DNA of 64,000 nt. Origin: Dictyostelium discoideum (lineage: Eukaryota). This document shows, in pieces, positions 42,572 to 52,285 of this stretch. A program made the translations under genes and the position numbers. The stretch spans positions 2,208,001-2,272,000 of the forward strand of contig CM000154.2 of NCBI GenBank assembly GCA_000004695.1, written 5' to 3'. The notes under the pieces are model-generated. The model searched no databases, was not told where the DNA came from, and worked only from the letters and a program-made list of their open reading frames with translations. Positions within the stretch are counted from its first letter, which is position 1. Every line of letters starts with the position of its first letter.

Positions 42572-43309
42572 ATGTCAAGTGAAAATCTTCCACCAGATGT
42601 TATTAAAAGAGTAGTTAAAGAATTAAAAGAATTAAATTCGTCAACATTAGAAGGTATTACATTATTACCATGCGAAGAAGATATAACAAATATTGAAGCA
42701 GTAGTTACAGGACCAGCAGGAACACCATATGAAGGTGGTTATTTTAAAGCAAGATTAATTCTCTCTTCCGATTTCCCAAGATCACCACCAAAAGCAAACT
42801 TTATCACTAAAATATTTCATCCAAATGTTTCAAAAAAAGGTGAAATTTGTGTAAACACTTTAAAAAAAGATTGGACTGAAGATTTAGGTTTAAAACATAT
42901 TCTATTGGTAATGTATTATTTAATTTAATAATAATGAAAAAAAAAAAAAACTATTATTAATATTTTATTTATTATTTTTATTATTAAATATATATAGACA
43001 ATTAAGTGTTTATTAATTGTACCAAATGCTGAATCATCTTTAAACGAAGATGCATCAAGATTACTTTTAGAAAATTATGATGATTATTGTAAACATGCCA
43101 AATTATTTACATCAATTCATGCATCAAAACCAATCATTGATAGTAACAATAATAATGAAAATTCAACAACCACACCAACAACAACTACAACAGCAACTAC
43201 ACCATCAACAAACACAGCTTCTATTTCATCACCAGTTAAAAAGAAAACTGAAACTACAAATTCAACAACCACAAAAGTACAACCAAAGAAAAGTTTAAAA
43301 AGATTATAG
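42572..43309 (+). CDS. ube2s: Ubiquitin-conjugating enzyme E2 S (UBE2S/E2-EPF). Two exons: 42572..42907 and 42998..43309, 215 aa
   Basis: Exon 1 reads [24 protein letters not shown]…[55 protein letters not shown], with the UBC fold and catalytic Cys in HPNV…GEICV. Donor GTAATG, acceptor TATATAG. Exon 2 reads [37 protein letters not shown]…KKSLKRL*, which matches human UBE2S (…[30 protein letters not shown]…LRRL). Confidence 0.85.
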
Positions 43310-43613
43310 AGTGAATCATAATCATAACAACTTCAACATACTCTTTTAAGCATGTAACATAACAATTTAAAAAAAAAAAAAAAAAAAAAATGCACTCATT
43401 CATCACACAGAGAGAATATCGCTATGTTTGTTCAAGGTGTATTTTAAAAATTTAATAAAAAAAAAAAAAAAAAAAAACCAAAAAAAAAAAAAAAAAAAAA
43501 TAATTCCCAACACCTTCTCCTTTTTTTCTTTTTTTTTTTATTAACCAAAACAGTTTTATTTTTACACTTCAACCATTCAAGTTTTAAAAAAAAAAAATAA
43601 AAAAAAAAATAGA

Positions 43614-44834
43614 ATGATTTTAAACTATAACTATTTTAGAATTGAAAATAATAATAATAATAATAATAAATTTGAAGATTTAAATAAATTATTTTTTAAA
43701 ATATGGAGAAATTTAATAATTAGGAATGAAATTTTAGAAAATGTTAGAAAATTTAAAAGATTTGAAAAATTACCAAAGATATGTGTTAGTTCTTATTATA
43801 TAGAGAATGAAAATAGATATTTTTATAAAAGAGTATTAATTAATGGTAGCAGTAAAAAGGAAATAATTGAGAAATTATCATATCTACCTCATACAGTTGA
43901 AGAATTAACAATTGAATATAAAAGTATTGAAGACCTACCAACCTCAAAAATATCAAATACTACCTACTTCATTCCACCATTTATAACAACATTAATATTT
44001 GAAAATTCAATTCAAGATTCAAAGATTGCATTTAATTTCATACCACCAACCATTAAAAAATTAATATTACCAATATATTTTAATCAACCCTTAAGAAATA
44101 CAATTAATGAATCAATTTTCCCAATGAATTCAAGTTTAGAATCAATTGATTTCGGTGAGAGTTTTAATAAAAATCTATATGATTTACCAAAATCTTTAAA
44201 ACAAATTAAATTGTCAAAAGATTTCAACTTAAAATTAAATAAAAATTCAATACCAAAGAATGTAAAAGAAATTGAATTTGGTAGCAAATATTCAAAATTA
44301 ATAGCAAATAATGTGCTACCACCATGTGCAATTGTAAAAAAAGCGTATACAATTAATTACAGAATTCAGATTTATAAGGCCTATGAAAAAGTATTCATCC
44401 CGAATTGGACAAAATCTTTAATACTTGGTCCAAGATGTAATGTTGACCTTTTACCAAACTTGTACAATTTAAAAATTAATTACCTATCATTGAATTGTAA
44501 AGGGTATTCTGATCTATCAAATATTTCAAAATGTAATTCAATTAGGTATATTAAATTTGGTGAAAATTTCTCACAATCAATTTCAATCAATGATTTACCT
44601 CCAAAGTTAGTTTCATTATACTTTTCAAAATCATTTTACCAAACAATTACAAAATCAATGTTACCAAAAAATTTAAATTTTTTATATTTAAAATCTGATA
44701 ACATCGATATTGAATTCCCATTAAATATGAAATATTTAGCAATATTTATTTCAAAAAATAATAAATATATTATTAATAAAATTAATGAAGATCCAAATAT
44801 AATTAAAGAAAATAAAATTCATATAGTTTTATAA
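43614..44834 (+). CDS. FNIP-repeat-containing protein, 406 aa
   Basis: A single ORF from the ORF track. It contains repeated units such as IPPTIKKLILPIYFNQPL, LPKSLKQIKLSKDFNLKL, IPKNVKEIEFGSKYSKLI, LPPKLVSLYFSKSFYQTI and LPKNLNFLYLKSDNIDIEF, which match the Dictyostelium-expanded FNIP repeat (LPxSLxxLxFGxxFNQxI). The N-terminal …LFFKIWRNLIIRNEI is typical of the family. Confidence 0.8.
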   Translation: MILNYNYFRIENNNNNNNKFEDLNKLFFKIWRNLIIRNEILENVRKFKRFEKLPKICVSSYYIENENRYFYKRVLINGSSKKEIIEKLSYLPHTVEELTIEYKSIEDLPTSKISNTTYFIPPFITTLIFENSIQDSKIAFNFIPPTIKKLILPIYFNQPLRNTINESIFPMNSSLESIDFGESFNKNLYDLPKSLKQIKLSKDFNLKLNKNSIPKNVKEIEFGSKYSKLIANNVLPPCAIVKKAYTINYRIQIYKAYEKVFIPNWTKSLILGPRCNVDLLPNLYNLKINYLSLNCKGYSDLSNISKCNSIRYIKFGENFSQSISINDLPPKLVSLYFSKSFYQTITKSMLPKNLNFLYLKSDNIDIEFPLNMKYLAIFISKNNKYIINKINEDPNIIKENKIHIVL

Positions 44835-44901
44835 TAAAACTAATAATAAATAATAATTTTTGTTAGTTTTTTTTTTTTGTTTAAAAAAATTACTTTTTTA
44901 T

Positions 44902-45483
44902 TTAGTTTTCAGCGGTTTGTTGAGTGAATTCAAAGACAACTTCTTTACCAGTTAATTTGTGGTAGACAGCAGAGAAGGAGTCAACTTTAGAGATGTTTGA
45001 TAACATTTCTTTACGATCTAAGTAGATTTTGTGGAGTTTTGAACCATCTAATCTGTATCTTAAACGACGACCAACAATAGTGTTTGGGAATACTAAATCA
45101 TCGAGAATAGCATCGTGGACAGCTTTAATGGTACGGGAGATTGGTCTCTTTTGCATTTTAATCTTGTTGTTTGAGGCTGGCTTACGGATGATACGTCTTT
45201 GGGCAATGAACATAACTTGTTTACCACCGAGTTTCTTTTCAACTTCATAGGTTAATTTTTGTTGGATTTTGTTGTAGTTTTTGAGTTGACGGAATGGAAC
45301 AAAGATGACAACAGCTTTTTTGGATTCAGCAACATCGACTTCCTTGACTGAACAGACTGATAAATCTTTTAAGTCTTTTAATTCGGCGTTGTTGTTTTCC
45401 AAATCAACTAATGCTTGGGCAACAGTGTTTTCGAATTCAGTGGCAACTTTACCAGCTGGTTTGATGATTTTCTTGTTAAGCAT
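44902..45483 (-). CDS. rps7: 40S ribosomal protein S7 (eS7), 193 aa
   Basis: The ORF aligns along its whole length to human RPS7: …IKPAGKVATEFENTVAQALVDLE…KAVVIFVPFRQLKNYNKIQQKLTYEVEKKLGGKQVMFIAQRRI…RTIKAVHDAILDDLVFPNTIVGRRLRYRLDGSKLHKIYLD…VYHKLTGKEVVFEF. Confidence 0.9.
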   Translation of the reverse strand: MLNKKIIKPAGKVATEFENTVAQALVDLENNNAELKDLKDLSVCSVKEVDVAESKKAVVIFVPFRQLKNYNKIQQKLTYEVEKKLGGKQVMFIAQRRIIRKPASNNKIKMQKRPISRTIKAVHDAILDDLVFPNTIVGRRLRYRLDGSKLHKIYLDRKEMLSNISKVDSFSAVYHKLTGKEVVFEFTQQTAEN

Positions 45484-46059
45484 TTTGGTTGTCTATTTAA
45501 ATAATATAAATTAAATATAATTAATAATCTATATCTAATTATTGATAAATTTCATTCTGTAATTTCTTTGTCTCTTTAATATATATTATCTCTCCTCTCT
45601 ATTATCTCTAATATATCTATTGTCTATCATATGTATTGTATCCAATCTATATCCAATCTATATTCAATCCATATTGTATATCAACTATCTATTATTATAT
45701 TGAGGATTTGAGATATTTATTCATCAATCCAATATCATAGCTTTGATATTATTTTTTATTATTGTCATATCTAGTATCCACATACCAAAGGTCTAAAGTT
45801 AAGGCTAAAAAGGGAGAATTATATTATCAAAAACGTTTTTGTGAGTCACGCAAAAAAAAAAAAAAATTTTCAAAAATTTTATTCAAAAAATTGAAAATTT
45901 TTTAGTTGAAATTTTTATATGAGTTGTTACTGATATAATTATTTTTTTTTTGGCCAGCCGTTTAAGAGAAAAGTGTAAAAATTTTAATTTAAAAAAAAAA
46001 AAAAAACAATAATATTAATTATACATTATATTATCAATTATTACAAACATTAAAAAAAA

Positions 46060-46235
46060 AGTGAAATGAAATGAAATAAAATAAAATGAAATGAAATTAA
46101 AAAAAAAATGAAATGTGGTGAAATAAAATAAAACAAAATGAATTAAAAAAAAAAAATGAAATAAAATAAAATGAAATATGTTGGAATAAAACAAAATGAA
46201 ATGGAATAAAATATAATAAAATAAAAAACATTATT
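46060..46235. repeat. Imperfect (GAAAT/AAAAT)n minisatellite
   Basis: Visible as …GTGAAATGAAATGAAATAAAATAAAATGAAATGAAATTAAAAAAAAAATGAAATGTGGTGAAATAAAATAAAACAAAATGAATT…AATGAAATAAAATAAAATGAAATATGTTGGAATAAAACAAAATGAAATGGAATAAAATATAATAAAATAAAA. It lies in the rps7 upstream region. Confidence 0.6.
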
Positions 46236-46542
46236 AATTATATTATTAATTAAAATTATAGTAACATGAATTATTTTTTTTAACTATTTTTATTTTATTT
46301 TTATTAAAATGAATATTTACGCATTAAAAGAATATTTTTTTATCTTGTTTTTATATAGTATATATATATATATATATATTTTTTTTACAAATGGAATATA
46401 TAAAATTCCAACACAGTTTATTTTTTATTTTTTTATTTTTTTTTTTTTATTATTTTTTTTTTTTATACAAGAAAATGGAGAGATATATGGCATTATATTG
46501 GATGAAGAAAAATGTATACAAGATGATTATAATTAAATCCTC

Positions 46543-47185
46543 TTATTTCTTGCTGAATCTATCATTTAAAGTGATTGATTTTTCATAATGTTTAACAAAT
46601 CTTGTTGGTTTGTTGTTTGAAGAGGTAGTAACAGTTCTGGTTGGTCTTGTTGCAACAGATCTAGTTGGTGCTCTAATGGATCTTTGTTGAGTAGCAACTC
46701 TTATTTTTGGACGAATACTAATTGGTTTTGGTAATGGTTTAGCTTTGTTGTTTTGAATTTGAATTTTAATTTTATCTGGGCTAACAAGTTTGTTTCTTTT
46801 TAAAAAAAAAAAAAAAAAAAAATTAATAATCAATTTACAATATTATTAAAATTTGGTTGAATGATAATTACTTCATTGGTGAAACTGATAAAGTCTTTTT
46901 AACTCTTGGTGAGCTAATGAATTTTTTAGTGGTGTTGTTGTTATTGTTGTTATTGTTGTTGTTGTTATGGGTATTGGTTCTTGGTCTGTTGTTAGTTTTT
47001 CCTATTCTATTTTTGGCATGATTCTATGAATATTAATGTGCAAAAATAGAATTTTTTAAAAAAATAAATTGAGAGAAAAAAAAAAAAAAAAAATATTTGT
47101 TAGGGCACTAACCAATTTTATATTTTTATATTTTTATATAAAACTTACATTTCTTTTTTCGTTTTTGCTTTCTTTAATAAATTCA
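46543..47185 (-). CDS. Hypothetical small basic Ser/Thr/Arg-rich protein of about 140 aa. Three exons: 47185..47148, 47006..46872, 46795..46543
   Basis: Hand-built model: MNLLKKAKTKKE / IIGKTNNRPRTNTHNNNNNNNNNNNTTKKFISSPRVKKTLSVSPM / KNKLVSPDKIKIQIQNNKAKPLPKPISIRPKIRVATQQRSIRAPTRSVATRPTRTVTTSSNNKPTRFVKHYEKSITLNDRFSKK*. Donors are GTAAGT and GTAATT, and only one AG acceptor choice keeps each junction in frame. The last exon corresponds to ORF 46543..46833. Confidence 0.35.
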
Positions 47186-48320
47186 TCTGTTATTGTTTTT
47201 ATATTGTATTATATTATTTATTTTATTTTTATTTTTTAATTTTTTTTTTTTTTTTTTTTTTGAAAGGAATGATTAATATTAGAGAATTGGAGAAGAAGAG
47301 GCATAAATAAAGTGAAAAAAAAAAAAAAAAAATGCACAGTATATCCGGGTTTTCTTTGCTTTCCCCGACTGTAATATAATAATGATAAAATTAAAACGCG
47401 ATGGTGTTATATATTTTTTTTTCCCTTTTTTTATTTTTATTTTTTTTTTATAAAAGATTATTTAAAAAGAGATAATTTTTTTTTTTTTTGATATTAAATT
47501 GATATTAAATTGATTATATACCTAAAGCCATATTAATTCTCTTTGAAGTGAGAGCAATATCTACATCTGATTGTTTTTGTGTTGCTGACATTTTATATTG
47601 TTGAGTTTGTATTTAAAAAAAAAAAAAAGAAAGTTTTTAAAGTGTGTTTTGAAAAAAAAAAAAAAAAATGAGAATTGATAGAGTTAAATTTTTTTTTTTT
47701 TTTTTAAAATTAAAAAAATTGGAAAAAAAAAAAAAAAAAAAAAATTAAAAAAAAAAAAAAATAAAAAATAAAATAAAATAAATAAAATTTGTGTGTAACT
47801 GAATAAAAAAAAAAAGAAATACAACAAAATTTTTTTTATTTTTATTTATTTTTTTTTTGTTTTTATTTTTTTTTTTTTTTGTTTTTTTTTATATAGAAAT
47901 CGGGTAGCTAACATGCTTTCCATATTTGACAATGATAATAATTTTAATTTTTTTTTTTTTTTATTTTTATTTTTTTTTATGGTTGGGGAGTTTGGTTCTA
48001 AAAATAAAACTTGGGGTCATATTTGGAATTTAAATCACAAAAAAAAAGAAAAAAAAAAAAAAAAGTGGGGTAATATAAAAAATATATATTTTTCCAAAAA
48101 CCAAAATTTTTTTTTTTTTTCTAAATACAAACAAAAACATAAAATTATCAAAAAAAAAAAAAAAAAAAAAATAAATAAATAGAAATAAAAAAAACAAATA
48201 AATTTATACTTTAGTAATGGCAAGTTGCACTAGAATTTGTTTACAACAAAATTTATTTTTAATTATTTTGAATTTTTTTTTTTTTTTTTACATTTAATTC
48301 GTAATTCACAAACTTTTTAT

Positions 48321-48449
48321 TTAGAAATCATTTGATCGTTTCAAAGCCTCAAATCTTGCAGTTAATTCATCATAATCTGGGTAGCCAGTATCTGATGATG
48401 GTTGATATGGTGGTGGTATATTATTATTATTATTATTATTATTATTATG

Positions 48450-48488
<39 letters not shown>

Positions 48489-49683
48489 GTTATTATAATT
48501 ATTATTGCCATTATTAAATTTATCATTGCTATAACCATCACTATTATTAGTTGAGATTGTTGGGAATTGTGGTGTTTGATTACCACTATTATTGTTATAA
48601 AAAGATGGTGGGGCACTTGGGAATTGTGGTGATTGTTGTTGTTGTTGATATTGTTGTTGGATTTGTTGTTGATGTTGAATTTGAGAAAAAGTTGGTTGTT
48701 GTGGTGGTGACATAATTGGGAAAGATGGCATTTGGGGTTGTTGTTGTTGTTGTATAATTTGTGGTGGTGGTTGTAAAATTTGAGGTTGTTGTTGATGATG
48801 TATAATTTGTGGTGGTGGTTGTAAAATTTGTGGTTGTTGTTGTACAATGATTGGTTGTGGCATTATGAGTTGTGGTGGTGGTGGATAATCTGAACCACAC
48901 CAATCTACATTAAATTTCTCTGCAATTTCTGAAAGTGTTTGAAAAATTATTGATGGATCAGGTGTGGCGTATGATAATTTATGTACAATCTTTGGATTAA
49001 CATGAGTGCTGCAATGACAATTTGCCTCATTTTCTAATCCTTTTCCATATTTTGCCTTTAATTGATTTTTAATTTGTTCCAATTCTGGTATTTGAATTCT
49101 TTGTGATGAATATACTAATGTAAATATTGATTCTTTCATTTCTAATGGCATTTCACTTTATTTTAATTAAAAAAAAGAAAAAAAAAAAAAAAAAAAAAAA
49201 AAAGAATTAGTTTATTTTTTAAAAAGTTATAAAAACCAATAATTTAAAGTGGAAGAAATTCTCCAAATTAATAAAAAAAAATAAAAAAATAAAATATAAT
49301 AAATAAATAAAAACATACGTTGTTGCATTAATTAAATTAATTCTGGCATGTAATAATTCACATAAAACTTCAATGATTTGAAAACATTCAATTAAATATT
49401 CATCTCTGATGATAGTTTCAACTCTGATTCTAGCACTTTCTTCATTCTTTTTTCTTAATAATTCTGCGACATTTCTTTTTTCATCTCTTACAATATTTGC
49501 TTTTTTATTCTTTAAAATTTGAATTCTACTTACTGCAAGTTTAAGTTGAACTTTTCTAAATAAGTTTTAGAAATAAAATAAAAAATAAAAATAAAAAGTA
49601 AAAAATTAACAAAAAAAAGAATCAAATATTAATAAACACATATTCTTATTTGGTGTTTTTGTTTTTGTTTTGCTTTGTTTTTT

Positions 49684-49720
<37 letters not shown>

Positions 49721-49741
49721 CCTACAATTTATATGAATCAT
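48321..49741 (-). CDS. IST1 homolog (ESCRT-III-associated). Three exons: 49741..49722, 49555..49319, 49155..48321, about 363 aa
   Basis: The 20-nt first exon ATGATTCATATAAATTGTAG is followed by GTATTA. Exon 2 reads KVQLKLAVSRIQILKNKKANIVRDEKRNVAELLRKKNEESARIRVETIIRDEYLIECFQIIEVLCELLHARINLINAT, donor GTATGT, which matches the human IST1 N-terminus (…RLRVNLRLVINRLKLLEKKKTELAQKARKEIADYLAAGKDERARIRVEHIIREDYLVEAMEILELYCDLLLARFGLI). Exon 3 (ORF 48321..49151) reads …KNQLKAKYGKGLENEANCHCSTHVNPKIVHKLSYATPDPSIIFQTLSEIAEKFNVDW…, then a Pro/Gln-rich linker and the C-terminal MIM-like motif YDELTARFEALKRSNDF (human …DDLSRRFEELKKKT). Confidence 0.75.
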
Positions 49742-50353
49742 ATGATGGGCCAAATCCAAACATTGTTCTTATTTATTTGTTTTGATAGATAAATTAAATC
49801 TTTTATATTTAAATAATAGACTATTAAAAACAATAATAAATAAAAAAAAAAACCCACCAAAAAAAAAAAAAAAAAACTAAATAAAAAATATTTTTATTAT
49901 GCTGCTTAAAAATTCAAACTATAAATTTTTTTAATTTTTAATTTTTTTTTTATTTTTTTTTATTTTTTAATTATTTTTTTTTATTTTTTTTTTTTTTTGG
50001 GAAAATAATATCAAAATGAATTTTTAAGTTTATAAATATTTATAAACTTTAAAAAAAAATTTAAGTTAATCATAATTTCTTTTTTTTTTTTTTTTATTTT
50101 TTTTTTTTAAAAGAATAAAAAAAGAAGAATAAAAAAAAAAATAAAATAAAAAAAAAAAAAAAAAAAAAAAAGATATTTCAAACATGAATTTCTTAAAATA
50201 GTGGGATGTTTTTTTTTTTTTCCATTTCTAAAAATAAATTAAAACAATCATTAGAATAAAAATACTTTATTGATGATTTGATTATTTCTTTTTTTTTTAG
50301 GATTTACCAATAATAATAATAAAATTGTTATTATTATTAATTATTATTATTAT

Positions 50354-50517
50354 TTATAAAAATACATCATTATCTTCATTATCAAAAACGCTAGTATTTA
50401 ATTTTCCAGTTGCCTCGCTGACATTCTTTGAAATTGTGGTTGTTGAAATTCTATTTTGTCCTTCAATATCGATATCATTATTATTATTTTCTATTTTATT
50501 TACATTATTTTTATCTA

Positions 50518-50581
<64 letters not shown>

Positions 50582-50632
50582 TATTTGATGTATTTTAACT
50601 TCTTGTTTTTCATTATTATTTTTAATATCCTT

Positions 50633-50665
<33 letters not shown>

Positions 50666-51643
50666 ATTGTTATTTAAATTTTCAAATCTTCTTAAATGAA
50701 CTTCAATATGAATATTAAGTTCATCAGATCTTGAAAGATAGGAGAAATCACCACCACTTTTTAAGAGGGCAGTTTTAGCATTTGGATAATATTTATAAAC
50801 CTCTTCACGTAATTTCTCGGGTATAGTTGAATCTAAACAATCAATGATTGTTATATTATCCATTAGACCACCTGATGGATTTAATAGACTTACAGGTGAA
50901 CAGTTTAAAGTTAAACGTGATGCCAATTCATTTTGATTTAAAGTTTCCAATTGATCAACCATGAAATCTACAGCTTCTCTCGTTTCATTATCTAATAAAC
51001 CTGATGGGAAATTATTTAAAATGATCTTTTTCAATAGAAATTCTGGTAATAATGAAAATAATGATGATCCAATTGAATTGTCATAAAAGTATTGAGTATC
51101 TGAGAATGTGTTATTCAATATTAATGATAATACACGAGATGGTTTACTTTGATAAAAACATTGTGCTAAATATCCACCTAATGATGATCCAAATAAATGA
51201 ACTGGTTTATCTAATTCTAATCTATCTAAAAATCTTTCAAATCCTTTACACCATCCTGATAATGTATCATATGGTGAAAATTGTATCTAAAATTATTTTT
51301 TTTAAAAAAAAAAAAAAAAAAAAATAAAATATATATATATATATATATAATATTAGTTTGTGTATTTGGGTAAATTATACAACTAATAATATTAAAGAGT
51401 CAATAATTTAAAGTCACTTACACTAATAACACGATGGCCTCTAGGGCATAACATTAAGAATTGTTTAAAATAGATGTCAGCTGACCCATGGGATATGAAT
51501 ATAATTGGTGCATTGTTTGTATCTTTTGGACCATAATCATAATATTTCCAAATCTTTTCATTTAAAGTACCAATACTAATCTTATTTTGTGGTGCCCATG
51601 ATCTAAATAATTGATAAGGATCTGATTGATTTAATTTGGACAT
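50354..51643 (-). CDS. Maspardin (SPG21/ACP33) alpha/beta-hydrolase-fold protein. Two exons: 51643..51422 and 51286..50354
   Basis: Exon 1 reads MSKLNQSDPYQLFRSWAPQNKISIGTLNEKIWKYYDYGPKDTNNAPIIFISHGSADIYFKQFLMLCPRGHRVIS, donor GTAAGT. Exon 2 reads IQFSPYDTLSGWCKGFERFLDRLELDKPVHLFGSSLGGYLAQCFYQSKPSRVLSLILNNTFSDTQYFYDNS…[23 protein letters not shown]…YKYYPNAKTALLKSGGDFSYLSRSDELNIHIEVHLRRF…. This is colinear with human maspardin (…[40 protein letters not shown]…[23 protein letters not shown]…[38 protein letters not shown]), with a C-terminal poly-N extension. Confidence 0.8.
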
Positions 51644-51985
51644 ACTTTTAAAGTAAAGTTGGAATATATATATATATTATATAGTTTTTATAAAATTTAT
51701 TATTATTTATAAATTATTAAAACAGGTTTTTTTTTTTTCGGGGTGGGGAATTAAAAAAAAAATTAAGGGAATTGGAAAAAAAAAAAAAAAATTTAAAAAA
51801 ATTGGAAAAAAAAAAAAAAAAAAAAATTAAAAAGGTTTTTTGAATCCTCAAATGAAAAATCAAAAAACTGTTTTTTTTAAAAAAAAAAACAATACCCTTT
51901 TTGATATTTGCTTTTTTTTCATTTTATTTTTTATTATTTTATTTTATTTAAAATACGGGATTAAATTTTTTTATTTGTTTTAATG

Positions 51986-52031
<46 letters not shown>

Positions 52032-52227
52032 GTTTGAGCTTATATGATTTTTTTTTATTTTTATTTTTAGAAAAAATTGCTTATAAAATGAAGAAAAAAA
52101 AAAAAAAAAAAACAATGCCCTGTAGTTTTGAATTTTTTTTAATAATAATATAAAATTATTTTTTTAATTTTTTATTTTTTTTTTTTAATGTTTTTTTTAT
52201 ATTATTTCAAAATATTAATCCCCGAGA

Positions 52228-52268
<41 letters not shown>

Positions 52269-52285
52269 CGTGTTTCAATTTTCAA

